Part shown: positions 13,116 to 27,971 of the stretch, one piece after another | How positions within the stretch are numbered: position 1 is the first letter of the stretch | How the letters are laid out: the number at the start of each line of letters is the position of its first letter | Assembly: GCF_006345805.1 (NCBI RefSeq) | Contig: NC_042998.1 | Span: forward strand, 44,826,001 to 44,890,000 | Origin: Octopus sinensis | Lineage: Eukaryota | Direction of reading: 5' to 3' | Length of the DNA: 64,000 nt | Translations under genes and position numbers: made by a program | Notes under the pieces: model-generated | What the model was told of the DNA's origin: nothing | Seen by the model: the letters and a program-made list of their open reading frames with translations, nothing else | Databases searched by the model: none

Positions 13116-13207
<92 letters not shown>
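13107..13207. repeat. (GATA)n microsatellite; similar tracts at 27837-27971, 31476-31589, 32473-32608, 36010-36104, 38561-38730
   Basis: Read directly from the sequence. Confidence 0.97.
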
Positions 13208-13208
<1 letters not shown>

Positions 13209-13875
13209 CAGATCTTGTGTAGAGAGAAAAAGAGAGGGAAAATGATTTAATGTAAGTCTGTTTCATGCAAAAACCTTACGTTCAACAATTAAATATTTAC
13301 TAAAAAATATATATATTTAAGTAGTGTTAAATTTATTTTTTCGAGGGAAATTTCGATAGTGACTTTTAAGTTTCACGGGTAATTGACTTCGTCAAACCGT
13401 TATAATAGTTACAGTGATATACATGTATCCATCTTGTAGACAGAGTTTAATGATGACATGCTGGCGTGGTTTATATATTCAATTAGTATTTATATTACTA
13501 CCTTATACTTTTCACTTTTTTCCCCCATTCTGTTCTTTCGTCCTACTTTCAACCTTTCGGGGTCGATAAATTACATACACATAGACACACGTGTACATGC
13601 ATACATTTCATTGTGCGTATGTGTGCGTGGAAGGACAGATAGAGTGAGTAAGAGGGAGAGAAAGAAGAGGTTTAATAGACAACCAGCTATGGTGTTTGGT
13701 ATTTCATGAACATCTTTTCAGAGACACAGTCTTTTAACGTCAATGGCACTGTGGCAACGCTAAAACTCTAATAAAATTTTCATCAGCCAGCAGGTGTTCA
13801 TTCAACTCCCTGTACAATATGGCTAACTTCTTGTTTTTTGTTGTTTTATTGTTTTTTTTTTCTTGGTAAAATATT

Positions 13876-14262
13876 CTATTCTACTCTAGGGACAAGGCCC
13901 GAAATTTTGTGGGAGGGGTCAGTCGATTACATCGGCCCCAGTACGCAAATGGTACTTAATTTATCAACCCGGAAAGGATGAAAGGCAAAGTCGACCTCGG
14001 CGGAATTTGAACTCAAAACGTAAAGACAGAAAATATAGATATTTCTTTACTACCGACAAGGGGCTAAACACAGAGGGGACGAACAAGGACAGACATAGGT
14101 ATTAAGTCGATTATATCGACTTAACTGGTACTTATTTAATCGACCCCGAAAGGATGAAAGGCAAAGTCGATCTCAGCGGAATTTGCACTCAGAACGTAGC
14201 AGCAAACGAAATACGGCTACGCATTTCGCCCGGCGTGCTAATGGTTCTGCCAGCTCGCCGCT
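13876..14262 (-). mobile_element. SINE family A dimer
   Basis: Two body units with a degenerate junction near 14030-14046; possible TSD GTAAAATATT at 13866-13875 and 14272-14281. Confidence 0.85.
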
Positions 14263-15388
14263 TTTCTATATGTAAAATATTAAGCAAGTCAATGTTTTAG
14301 CTCAGTGCTCTGTTACCAAACTATTTTAACAGGAGTGTTTCCTAACCCTCGACATTACTGAAAGCTATGTTGTTTTTTATGGTAAAGATATGACTGGAAT
14401 ATCAGTTACTTAGAGGACAATATTCTAGAAGGACATTCAGAAAACATGTTTACCGGCTGCTGTACAGGAAACTAAACAGATGTGTTTACATAAAATTTAG
14501 ATAAGGTACATTAGCTCGATATAGGTTACAGTGGGGCTGAATGAGAATGCAGTGGTCGTTAGTTCATACTTCATTGGAATGAAGTGGTTCTTCAGTTATG
14601 TAAACAGTAAAGCATAACTCTTCTAGTTTTAGTTTAGATGTAAAATGATTTAGGATAAACCTGCCTGCCGTATTTGATGTCACGTGGCCAGTAACATCGA
14701 TATTCAACATTACTGTAGTTTAGCTCCAGGCCAGGCCCGATTAGCAGACCAAAGTATGAAGACGTTCTAGCCATGACAGTATAGACTTTCTGTTGTTATT
14801 GTTGTTGTTGTTGTTGTTCGAGATATATGTATCCAGGAATACATTATCTTACCTATTTCTTGCAGATCAAGCAGCATTGTAGGGGTTTTCTTCTTGTGAG
14901 GATATAGAAAATAAGTTAGCATATTCATGATTCCTTTCACCCTACAGTTATGAACACCATGATAATAATTATTATATTCGAGTTAAGCACCAGGCCACCG
15001 ATTTTGTAGGAACGAGATTGGTTGATATCCTTGTCCCAATACTTGACTCGAAATGATGAAAGGCAAAGTTGATCTCGGTATGGTTTGAACTCTGAATGTA
15101 AAAGAGTCGAAACAGACACCACAAAGCATTTTTCTGACACTCTAACGACTCTGACAAATCAATAATAAATTATGACATTTTATCAGATACTGCTTATAGC
15201 TGGTTACTCTGTGCCCGATATATCCTGTCTTGTGGTTAGCTGGCCGGGGTCTTGCTACTACACCTCAATCAATTTATTGAGAGAGAAGAATGTGCGTGCA
15301 CCCAACAGGATTTAAGATATAATCTGTCAAGAAGCAACAGAGCCTCTCTTGGCAAAACCAATGATCAACCACATCTAGATAGGAGACA

Positions 15389-15652
15389 AATAAATGAATA
15401 AAAATAATAAATGCGCCCTTTTAAAGCCTAGTCAGGCTCATGGTTTCCCGGTTTCTATGGCGTATGTGTTCCCCAACTGGACGGGACGCCAGTCCATCGC
15501 AGCGTTACTCATTTTTGCCAGCTGAGTGGACTGGAGCAACATGAAATGAAGTGTTTTGCTCAAGAACACAACGCGTCGCCCGGTCCAAGAATCGAAACAC
15601 AATCTTACGACCATGGTGCTGACACCCTAATCACTAATCCACGCGCCTCTAC
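15389..15652 (-). mobile_element. tRNA-derived SINE with CORE-like and V-domain-like segments
   Basis: Minus strand head AGGCGCGTGG.., then GTGTTCTTGAGCAAAACACTT and GCTGCGATGGACTGGCGTCCCGTCCAG. TSD AGATAGGAGACA at 15377-15388 and 15653-15664. Confidence 0.82.
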
Positions 15653-16401
15653 AGATAGGAGACAGGCGTTACAATACTATAGTACTAACGAAATACAACA
15701 TGCTGGCACAGCTAGTTTCGAATATTATACTTGAACGGTCAGAATTCAGGTTAAACTGATAACTGGAAAATCTAGTTGGGTTGGTGGCATCTCTTGTTGC
15801 GAATGGACTGATTTTGAATGAATGTATATTCGCCTTAACTATGTAACAGTACACGTTGGAATTAGCTTGATTTCGCTAACATCTAACTTTGCCTGAGATA
15901 CGTTCATCAAAGTGGTTATGTATTGGATTTTATCAATGATTCTTCTATCATTTATAAGGTTATTTACAGGCGAATTTTGTACATGTAACAGCATCAATTT
16001 ATGCTTGTAGGACCGTTTAATTCTTTCACCGATGAGCTTTTCATCATCTACCTAAGTCGCCATTGTCGGCGTCGGCATCGTTGTTGTTTTGTTGTTCTGG
16101 TTCTTGTTTTGTTGTCCTTGTTCTTGTTTAGTTCCAGGTCATCCCTGATTAAAAGTGCTACAGCCATTACTGTCTCATCTATTTTAAGATCATAGTCCTA
16201 TGATCAAAGACATTCCATCCATAAACCTACCATCTTTTTAGGTCTTTGTAGGAATCCATCATCAAATATGTCTTGTCCTAATTTATGTCGGCAGGGCATG
16301 GTTTTACGGGGATTGGCTATTTGAAGAAGGTTGAGCGACTATCTAATGGCTTCCTTATTGATAAATTTTTGTTTAATCATGTTGATATTTACTTAGGTGA
16401 A

Positions 16402-16960
16402 AAGCGGCGAGCTAGAAGAATCGCCGGGCAAAATGCTTAGCGGCATTTCATCTGTCTTTACGTTCTGAGTTCAACTTCCGCTGAAGTTGACTTTGCCGCT
16501 CAGTCTTTCTGGGGGTCGATAAAATAAGTACCAGTTGAGCACTGGGGTCGATTTAATCGACTCGATCCCTCTCCCAAACCTGCTGCCCTTGTGCCAAAAT
16601 TTAAAATCGATATTTAGTTAGGTGAAAAGCAGCGAGCTGGTTGAATCGTTCCTGCATCGAAAAAATGGTTAGAAGCATTTCTTCCGGCTGTCCTTTTGGG
16701 TTCGATAAAATAAGTGCCAGTTGAGCACTGGACTTGATGTCATTGCTTTCCGCTTCCCCTCAAAATTGCTGACTTTGTGCCAAAATTAGAAAGGATATGT
16801 AATTAGGTGTTTATCAAATAAGAGAATTCATTGAGTCGTTAGAATACCAGAGAGAAAATCTTAAGATATTTACTGTCTCACGGTGCTCTGAGTCCAAACA
16901 CTACTGAGGTCAACTTTGCCTTTTATCCCGTTCGGGGTCGATAAATTCTTGGTCAAGCAC
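16402..16960 (+). mobile_element. Cluster of three diverged family-A SINEs
   Basis: Repeated heads (GCGGCGAGCT.., GCAGCGAGCTGG..) and bodies in the same orientation. Confidence 0.7.
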
Positions 16961-16981
16961 TTGAGCTGGATCTCTCTCTAC

Positions 16982-17013
<32 letters not shown>

Positions 17014-18156
17014 AACTGTTTCTCTCTCAATCTATATTGCATGTAACAATAAAGGATGGTTCACGTTACAGCCCTGTTAATCATTTAACCATCACACTGA
17101 CGACATGCGAAGAGAAAGAGAGAGGGAGAGATGCCTATTTACGCTCACATCGCATATTTCTGTCTTGAAATATGTCTTTCCCAACAGAATATATATCTGA
17201 CACACGCTGTAAAAATTGACAGCGAACCAACGATTTTTACAGTTGCTTAGTTACGGAAAATTAATCACATAAATAAAGAGATTAGTATTTGAAGTTAGCA
17301 GGAGAGACTTGTACTTATTGCTCCATGTATGAAAAAAAAAAAAAAGAAAGAAAATCGAATCCCTTGTGTTCAGATCTAATACCAACCATATTCCAGCGTG
17401 GGTTTAATTATAAAATACACATGAATTAATAAAAATGACTTTAATATTCAAGAATGAATTGTTCACATTCCAGGACACATATAAATCCATATAAGGTATT
17501 AATGAGTCAGCTGAAATACGAGGAATCCTTTGAAATTATTAACAGTGGATTAACCTTGTTGTTGGTATTATTTCTAACGATGTATGGCATCGTCGATATT
17601 ATTTTAGTAATGCTGTTGTTGTTGTTGTTGTTGTTGAAGTTGGTATTGTTACAATGAAGGAATCATCTTGTTAGGTATTAGAGGAAAAGGAAAATTTCCA
17701 TCAAAAGAGATATGGGTAAGTCAGCGGATTGAAGAAAATGAAAAGATGATTAGAGAAAGGCGATGATTACAATAGCTATGCAATGACACAGAGCAGAAAT
17801 ATTTCAAAGAAGATTAGTGTGGAGCAGCCGACATTGAGGATTCTATTTCCAGAATCCTTTCGACGACAACAATTAAATAGCGATTATATTGCAGAAATAT
17901 TCCATCTATAAATACATAAATTATTTGCGTTTGCTTATTAACTTGTATGTATGCAGATATTATATAAAATCATATATGAAAGTATGTGTATGTGTCTGTG
18001 TGTGTGTGTGTCTGTGTGTGCGAGTGTGTGTATGTATATATATGTGTGTGTGTGTGTGTGCGCGCGCACGCGTGTGTGTGTATACGCGCCTATATATATA
18101 TTTCTATGTATATATATATTATATGTATATATATATATATATATACATATATATAT

Positions 18157-18211
<55 letters not shown>

Positions 18212-18238
18212 CTATATATATATATATATATATAATAT

Positions 18239-18318
18239 AAAGTGCGTGCACACGCACACACACACACACACACACACAACGAAATGATTTAAAGTAAAAC
18301 TGGGTTAATATTTTCAAT

Positions 18319-18370
<52 letters not shown>

Positions 18371-18446
18371 ATTGAAAATATTAACCCAGTTTTACTTTAA
18401 ATCATTTCGTTGTGTGTGTGTGTGTGTGTGCGTGTGCACGCACTTT
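18239..18446. repeat. Spacerless 208-bp palindrome centred on (AT)13
   Basis: AAAGTGCGTGCACACG(CA)12ACGAAATGATTTAAAGTAAAACTGGGTTAATATTTTCAAT is mirrored exactly except (CA)12 vs (CA)10. The C/G interruptions of the TA run are mirrored too. Confidence 0.93.
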
Positions 18447-19766
18447 TTTGCATACATATTAATGAGATACGGTTGCTTTGAATTATCCATATTCTAAGAT
18501 CAATTGTAAGTGCCACATTTAAAGTTTTCCTCTTTCTTATCTTCTAAATAAAGCAGCCTTATGATAAATGACATTTTAGCTGAAGCTGTCCTGCCTTCCT
18601 TTCATTCGTACTGAATATAGCTAGCTCTATAGTACCTAACATATGTTTTCTCTTTCTTTCTAAAGTCGATTGTCTGTTATTTCATTGAGATTCGGCTGCT
18701 ATTTCTAGCAACTCAAGCAAGAACGTAAAATCTTGAATGTATGTGCATGTATATGTACGTACACATGCCTGCATTATCCTCAAGAAAAATTCTACAAACT
18801 CAAAATTCGTCAGAAGATACGTTCGCACTAAATTTGTAATCGGCATCTTTTATCATGCTTAACCAAATGCAAATAAATCTCAACGACATCACACACAAAA
18901 ATATTATATACACACAAATATATATGTTGCTGTTTTCCTCAAGTGAGTTCCGTTATTACCAGTAACAGCCATATTGTAAATGCATATTTAAAATCAAGAT
19001 TTGTACTTCAATGCTTATCTTTCTTTTTGTTACACACACGAATAATCAGTGTGGTCCGCTATTCATTATATGGTTTAGTGAACAACATATTATACAACCC
19101 TCACTTGAATAGAAAGTCCGTATTCGCTGTAAACATTTCGCTATATGTGTAGGAGGATAACTAATTCTTAGTGACAAAGCTCCCTTCGTTCTTGAGAATA
19201 GTTATCAGGTCATTTACGAATGTTATTTTCCATAACCATCCAAGGAATAAATTGACCTCCCATCAATTAATATTAATGTATTTGGGGTTAAATTTGAAGC
19301 TTTGTAAGCCTGCAGGTCAACAAAAACATAAATTTGTTATTTCTAATTTAGTGATGTATTCAGAGAGACACCTTTTTTTTTGTTTTCTTTTTCAGTCGGG
19401 GAACAGTATGACGTATTAAACCTAATCGAGGAAATAACATTTCTGTATGTTAACACTCATGCAACACCCGAAGCAAAACATTTTCCACTTAATTCTTCAC
19501 TAAATAATATAATAAGTTGTTGTCAGAACATTGACCTTCATAGAATTGCAATAGAATCGTCGTGTAACACTAGCAGGAGGCCAGTTGAATGAAAATTGAT
19601 TTTATTCCTGTAATTTTCTGTCGCTGCATAATTTCTTCCAACTTTTCAACAATAAATGTGTGCTGGTTATACGAAACTAGATCACCGACCAATAGTACAT
19701 AGAGCTTTGTTGTAACGTTAACACATTTTCACTTGTATATCTGAATTTTAGTATAAGATGCCGAGT

Positions 19767-20110
19767 TAAGGCTGTGAGCTGGCAAAATCGTTAGCACGTC
19801 GAGCGAAATGCTTAGCGGCATTTCGTCCGTCTTTATGTTCTGAGTTCAAATTCCACCGAGGTCGACTTTGCCTTTCATCCTTTCGGGATCATTTAAATAA
19901 GTACCAGTTACGCACTGGGGTCGATGTAATCGACTTAATCCGTTTGTCTGTCCTTGTTTGTCCCCTCTGTGTTTAGCCCCTTGTGGGTAGTAAAAAAATA
20001 GGTATTGTGCAGCCCCCAAGAGGTTGAAAGGCAAAGTTGACCTCGGTGGCATTTCAACTCGTAAAGACGGAGGAAATACCGCTAAACATTTTTCCCAGCG
20101 TGTTAATGAT
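19767..20110. mobile_element. Family-A SINE (+, 19767-20000) facing a partial minus copy (20005-20110)
   Basis: Plus copy with type-2 tail ends at ..AAATAGGTATT; it is followed by an inverted head/body fragment. Confidence 0.8.
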
Positions 20111-20861
20111 TTTTTTTAATATTCCTGTAGGGAATAATATCAGAATTTTTGAGATATGATTTTCAGAGGAAGAAAAATTAGTGTATTTAGTTTTGAACTA
20201 TGCTTTGTTTTTTCTTGTTTTTGTTGCTTTTGTTGTGCGTTTTTTTCTTTGCGTCTCGTCATAACTGTAACAAAATATCTCAATTCAAAATAACAGAATA
20301 TAACCCAGTTCGCTTATTTTTCTTATAATCTGATAGCACAAAAGACAAAGTGAATCTTCAAAAATGCTGTTCATCGAACTCTTAATTACTGAACTAGATT
20401 CAAGGTCAACCAAAATAATACATGGTAGTGGAATCTATCATCTCAGGTTATCAAGCGAAGTTACAATTTCTCTAACAACGACAAACGAGATTTAGCTCTC
20501 TATATTTACTTTGAATCAATAATCCGATATTATCTTCTGTGTTTTCTATCTGTCACCATACTCTAAATATCTCTCTCTCTCTCTCTCTCTCTCCTCTCTC
20601 TCATTCCTTCCCTTCCCCAGCCATATTTCGCACTCACACAGACACATTGATTTTTTTCATATGATCCCTTTCAGCTCTCTCTCTCCCTCTCTCTCTCTCT
20701 CCCTCTCCATCTTCTCTCTCTCTCCCTCTCCGTCTTTCTCTCTCTCTCACACACACACATACACACACCCTCTCTCCCTCGAAATTACTCTGTTATCAAT
20801 TAATGTAGTACCTACCTCTATCAATTTCTCTCCTCACCTTTCTCTCCTTTTCACTCCCTTC

Positions 20862-20892
<31 letters not shown>

Positions 20893-21989
20893 ACTCTTTC
20901 TCTTTCTCTCTCACCCCTATTCTTCATTCTATCATCATTACCAGCCCTCCATCAAGGTGGGTCAGGCACCAGCAAATATATTCACTGCCCTGGGCAAGAT
21001 TTTACTATGCCAGTTGCCCATCTATTCCATTCTTATCTCTCTATGCTACAAATGTTTACTCAGCAGAAAGGCTACCGACTCAGGCAGATACAATACGGCA
21101 CCAGAGTCGTCGCAGACGTTACTTAAGAATGTAAAAACCGAAACACACACTGCAAGGCACCTTAATCCACCCTCTAACGGTTCAGACATTGTTATTTTTG
21201 CATTTATTAACCCTTTGTCTGTTTTCCTAGTTTCACACTAAACGCCCATGCTTGTTTTCAGACTTTTGATTTGCCCTTGTTTCATACGTTCTGAATAATA
21301 TAAAACTTTCCTTCCATAACTCCCAAATTACCCTGGTGGTGGAAAAAATTTGGAATGTGTATGATATATGATACTCATATATGATGCATGGATGCCAGGG
21401 AAGTATGTTCTGAGAATTACATATGATACACAGAACATTTAAAGACTTAATTCACAGCGCATTACTCATAGTCTTTGGGGCTTTTTAATTTAAAACGCAT
21501 TACTCAGGTCATGAAAATGTAACTAAGTGGTTACACCATAGGTTTTATCTCACCGTAGGCTCAGAAATATGGGATACGTCTGATTAGTTTCTAGACTCGT
21601 TATGCTTTCCTCAGAGAAAAAACACCCACAGTATTACAATTTCTATAACATCGATAGACTCAATTTCGCTCTGTGTACTTTCTATCTTCGACCTGGCACA
21701 ACACTCTACGAAGAGAATAATAGGGTATATGTGTGTGTATACACACACAGAACAGGCTTCTTTAAGTTTCCTTCTACCAAATCCTCTCACAAGGCTTTGG
21801 TCGGCCCGAGACTATATTAGAAGATACTTGCCCAAGGTGGCATGCAGTGGGACTGAATTCAGAGCAATGTCTTTAGGAAGCTCCGAAGACTCCGCTAAAA
21901 CTGCATTACAGTACCAACACTGACAAAAAGGATTAATTCATTCATAATAGCGTTTTTAAGTCTCAATAAGGACAGAATTGATCAACAAG

Positions 21990-22311
21990 GCTAGAAATTG
22001 ATCAGCCAACACGAGGTCCGGTTCTTGTTGCGTTGTGGTGATTTCATGTGCCTCAATGACTCCGAGGGCAATGTCGGCGGGGCACAAGTTCTTAATATGA
22101 CCTCCCATGCTGGATAGATCAAAGGACAGGGGTCAAATAAATATGGACTAGCCCTTCCAAGGAAAACAAGGAACGAAAATTACGGAATGATCGATGACAA
22201 TTCAAATCTAACAACCCTTGGGTAATAAAGACCTGATAGCCCAGACTCAGAAACAATGGAGAAAAGTCGTCGGTGACTTATGCGCCAAAGGGAGTGAAGA
22301 CTCTAAGTAAG
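21990..22311 (+). mobile_element. Degenerate RTE-clade LINE 3' end
   Basis: Terminal peptide IAQTQKQWRKVVGDLCAKGSEDSK* resembles the RTE AQDRxxWRxxVxxLC ending. Confidence 0.5.
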
Positions 22312-23251
22312 AAATTGGTCAAATATAACCTATTGTTCTACCCAAAGACGATAGGACTTTCAGAATAACCATTTTGATAAAATTATAAGAGGAAGTGTAT
22401 CATATTTAGATTATCTTTTTACATTTGCCTTCATTAATCTTTCAACAATAAATACTTACACAATATTCCTCTCTCTCTCTCCTCTCTCTTTCCGCCACTC
22501 TCTCTCCCACTCTTTCTCTCTCTCTCTCCTCTCTCTTTCCCCCACTCTCTCTCCCACTCTTTTTCTCTCTCCTTCTTCGTACATTGCTATACAAAGTTTC
22601 CCCTTCTCGCTCATAATTCGTTCACTCATTTATTTTGTTTCTATTTTCATTCAATTTTTCATTTCTTTTTTGTGTGTGTGGGTGTGTGTTTTATTATTAA
22701 TACAATTAACATCGTCTCTTTCTGCAAATTTTGCAAAATTCTACAACCTTCTGTGGCATTTAAACAATAGAATTCATTATTGGTTTATTAATATCACGTG
22801 ACAAAGGCGGTTACTATAAGTAGGTGTATCGTATAACGCTATATCGACGAATATATCGCATGGTGTAACATCAACCCTCGCCGATTATTAGAAAGGCTAT
22901 CACGCATTATAATACTGACATATGCGAAAAGAAATATTGTATACAGAAGACATGTCATTTGAGAATAAGTGAAACCAATATCGCCAAAGTAATAATAATA
23001 AATATTGGGTTAGGTTGGCAAAAGATATATAAATGCTTTAGCTAGTGTATCAGTGTTATTTGGTAAATTATATTTTGAAAGTTTACTTGGTAGGGTTATC
23101 AAAAATAGATATGGCATTGAATAAATCCTATTTATCGCCACCCTTTTTCTTTTCTCTCTTTTATTTTTTTCTCATACCATTTTTTGCCGCAACAGATTAG
23201 TAGTTAAGCGTGTCGGTCTGATGGGAAAATCAATATATACATATATATATG

Positions 23252-23289
<38 letters not shown>

Positions 23290-23290
23290 C

Positions 23291-23323
<33 letters not shown>

Positions 23324-24112
23324 TGTGTACGTACATATCGCAGAATCGACCAGACTATTGGATGTTGTTATACATCGCTGGTCACAATGCGCTTCTTCAC
23401 ATCGTTTTGTAGCTTTCGAATGATGTCACCACACACACACACATACACCAGCCTGTTGCAAGGTTTACACTTTTACAGTTAAGTGGACTGGAGCAACGTT
23501 AATTAAAGTGCTTTGCTCAAGAACACACCGTACAGCAAGCCTAGGAATCGAAACTACGATCTTATGATCGCGAGGGCAATACTTTAAACGCTAAGCCACG
23601 TGTCTTTTTATTTGTTTCAGTAATTTGACTGCGGCCATGCTGGAGTATTTGAATTTGCTTCCTTTACGTATAGGCGCTGGCAATGGCGGGTGTTAAGAAG
23701 TTTGCTTCCCAACCACATAGTTCCAAGTTCAGTCCCGCTACGTGGCACCTTGAGCAAGTGTCTTCTACTATATCCCTTATCAAAGAAGAATACCAAAATA
23801 AAAATTTTAATGTTCCTGTCTTCTGTGTTAACTGGTCAATTTAGTAAAAGAAAATATTTGCATTTGAGTTTCATAATCAATTGGGTCATTATAGCATTCA
23901 TTATAGTTTGGCCCTGTCGATTACATAGACTCCACTACTTGACTGGTGCTTATCGACCTCGAAAAGATGACTTAAACTTTTCATTTCCTCCACCTTCGAA
24001 GTTAAATCATTAAGTTTCAGTTCTGTATTGTTTAGTAACTTTGTAGGGTGTTTTTTCTTTTGTCTCGAGTTCGAAGCCTGCCAGAATAGTTTTCTCCATT
24101 TAAAAACAGACT

Positions 24113-24625
<513 letters not shown>

Positions 24626-25267
24626 CACAATAGATTAATGGTCATTCAACATGTTTCGTCTAACATTTAAGTGCCAACTATCTCAATTGATCCATTACAT
24701 ACGAGACGACGGAGTTATTGACAATGTTTTATTTGGCAAAATTAATTGCCTGGGATTCCGCCAAGATTGACTTAGTCTTTCATTTTTTCTGAGTCGATGA
24801 TATAAGTACCAGCTGAGCACTGGAGTCGACCTAATCGACTTACCCACTCCCTCGAAATTGTTGCCTTGTGCCAAAATTTGAAATAAAAAAAAAAAGTAAT
24901 TGCTTCGGAAATCCTACTTCAGCAGGATCATTCTTTTTAGACTTGATTGGTTGTCTTCTCACACATTTCCTCTTGACATAACATGACAACCCAGCAAAGT
25001 TCATCTTTCTGTCTCTTAATTGTCTGCGACTCAGTGTCTTAGTATTAAATGTGTGGTGTGAAGCAGATGGAATATAAAGTTATGACATCAATATCGTTTC
25101 AAAAAGTATCGGTCTCATATGTTCTATGATATGAAATGGATCCAATTAAGAATCACAACCGTCACTCCACAACACAGCTTCGAAGCGTCAAAATGTCACT
25201 ACTTTGTCTTGCATACAAAATAATTTTTTCGCATAATTTCTGAGCGTTGTTATATTCGACTATGTGT

Positions 25268-26125
25268 TAGGTGGTGAGCTGGCCTGAATCGTTAGCATGT
25301 CAAAGAAAATACTTAACTGCATTTCTTCCAGCTTCACGTTATGTGTTCAAGTACCACCGAGGTCAACTTTGCCTTTTATCCTTTCGGGATTGAATATAAC
25401 CGACTAGCCCCTTCGCCACAAATTTCAAACCTGGTGCCTATAGTAGAAATATTATATGTATGATGTTATTTACATTATTAAGGTGGCGAGCTGGCAGAAT
25501 CGTTAGCACGCTGGACGAAATGCTTAGCGGTATTTCGTCTGCCGCTACGTTATGAGTTCAAATTCCGCCGAGGTTGACTTTACCTTTCATCTCTTCGGGG
25601 TCGATAAATTAAGTACCAGCTCAGTACTGGACTCAATGTAATCGATTTGTCCTCTTCCCGCAAATTTCAGCCCTTGTGCCTATAATAGAAAGGATTATTA
25701 AGGCAGCAAGCTGACAGAATCGTTAGCACGGCAGACAAACTACTTAGAGGACATTTCTTACGCTTTTACATTCTGAGCTCAAATTCCGCCGAAATTTACT
25801 TTGCTTCTCTCTCGGATAAAATAAGTACCGGGTGAGTACTGGGAGTCGATGTAATCGACAAGCCCCCTCCCCCAAAATTCCAGGCCTTGTGACTCTAATA
25901 GAAAGGATTATTAAGACGATGAGCTAGCCGGGTCGTTTGCACATCCGTACAAAATTGAGAGTGGTATTTCTTCCAACATTTTTCTTTCTGATTTCAAATA
26001 CCACCGACGTCAACTTTGCCTTGGGGAATAAACCCAATCGAGTACTAAACCCAATCGAGTACTAGGTTCGTTATAAACGATTTGTTCCTCCTCTCAATCT
26101 TGAGGCCTTGTGCTAAAATTTCAAA
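25268..26125 (+). mobile_element. Stack of four family-A SINE monomers
   Basis: Heads near 25268, 25481, 25700 and 25914; tails ..AGAAAGGATTATTA abut the next AGG/AGA head. Copies differ in divergence. Confidence 0.85.
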
Positions 26126-26710
26126 ATATTATATTTGTCTGTGGCCATTAAGCAATTTTGTATCAAGGTTTCTTTCTTCTCTCACAAATAATCTGTCTAT
26201 CTACTGACGAGGGGAAGTTTCACCATCACCATCACCACCATAAAAAAATGAGCTTATTCGAATTTCATTATCGATTATAGGTAGAGAGATGGCTGGGGGA
26301 GGGTCTGAAGTTTTAGATTTATTCATTACAATTGAAGCTTTCGTCAGAGTTAAATGATTACAGTAAAATGGCATGCGAATGGTTTGATGATTCGCTAGAA
26401 ATGTATTTCATGTTCGCAATAATAATCGGTTACATTTGATATTTTTCTTTTTCTTCCTTCTGGCGTACATTATAAATTAATGGGGATAGTAATTTTAATG
26501 TCATACTGCAAAAATGCGTCTTAAATTTTGACATTTGACTTTGATCCTTATTCTACAAAAACACATCGTGTGAGTGTATGAGTATGCGTTCATACAAACA
26601 TATACATACATACATGGTTACATACATATATGCATACATGCATATATGCATGCATGCATATAAATTCTAAGTACATACATACACACACATATATATATAC
26701 ATATATATAC

Positions 26711-26761
<51 letters not shown>

Positions 26762-27649
26762 ATATATAATATATATATATACATAGGAATGCATGTGCGT
26801 ATACATGCACACTTTAGTGTATTTTATATGCATAAGTAGATGTGCATTTATATTAACGGATATTCGAAACGTAATAGGTATATATATATATATATATATA
26901 TGTCTGTGTGTATGTGTGTGTATGTATACGTATATATAGGTGTAAACACACACAAATATACATATATATATATATGCAAGGATGCATATATGTGTGTATG
27001 ATTGCATCTGTTAAAAAATGACTGTATACAATCTCATTTCTCTTACTATATGTACACAGATTCTATGTGTGTGTGCGTGTACATACGTGCGTACGTATAC
27101 ACTTGTATATATATATATATATTATATATATATATATACGTATTACATTCTACATATATATGTGTTTGTGAGTGTGTGTAAGTGCCTATAATTTTTACTG
27201 CCTAATGAAGTTAATTTCGGAACCATCTACTCAGTTTCGGTTCCCACTATTGCTATTTCATTACGTACAGATTTGCATCAATATGATCCAACATGCACGT
27301 ATAATTTTGATTTCTGAACTTAACGATACTACACGAAGAATGTTACGAAACGGCTGTAATCATATGAAAATAATAAGAAAAAAATAAATCTTCGCTCCTT
27401 ACACCTCCTGATTTTTATGCTCTATTTACTTTTCGCAGAAAAATTTATCATTCAAATTTTCAAGACTTTCAGTTACATAGATGCTTTACATTACGCTACA
27501 CAATAATTGATTACAACGTAAACCGATAGCCGACTCCGTATGGGGAGCTAACTATGTGTGCTGCATAATTCTCTGGTTCAATATTTTATACTGCTTTTTT
27601 ATGACTATTCATAAATACGTGGCTGGTGGGGCTGTGTGTATGTATGTAA

Positions 27650-27680
<31 letters not shown>

Positions 27681-27861
27681 TGTATAACGAGGGGGCAGCC
27701 ATAATGTATGTATAAGAGCCGGTACCGTTGTGCGGTTAAGTTACGCTGATGACCACGCGGTACCGGTTCGATCCCGCTGCTCGGCACCTTAAGCGTGTAT
27801 TTTCTACTGTCACCATGTATATATATTTTCACACATATAGATAGATAGATAGGTAGATAGG

Positions 27862-27971
<110 letters not shown>

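Noticed and set aside
22790-22900. CpG-richer patch with TCACGTGAC E-box; CRE-like TGACGTAA near 5756
   Set aside because: Single short motifs with no associated gene or transcription start evidence.
26028-26065. Short tandem duplications (17 bp here and at ~31795, 13 bp at ~41408, ~21 bp x3 at ~57085)
   Set aside because: Ordinary slippage duplications with no further structure.
27715-27815. tRNA-like A/B boxes here and in many other places
   Set aside because: All continue into SINE bodies and none folds into a complete cloverleaf, so no tRNA gene is called.
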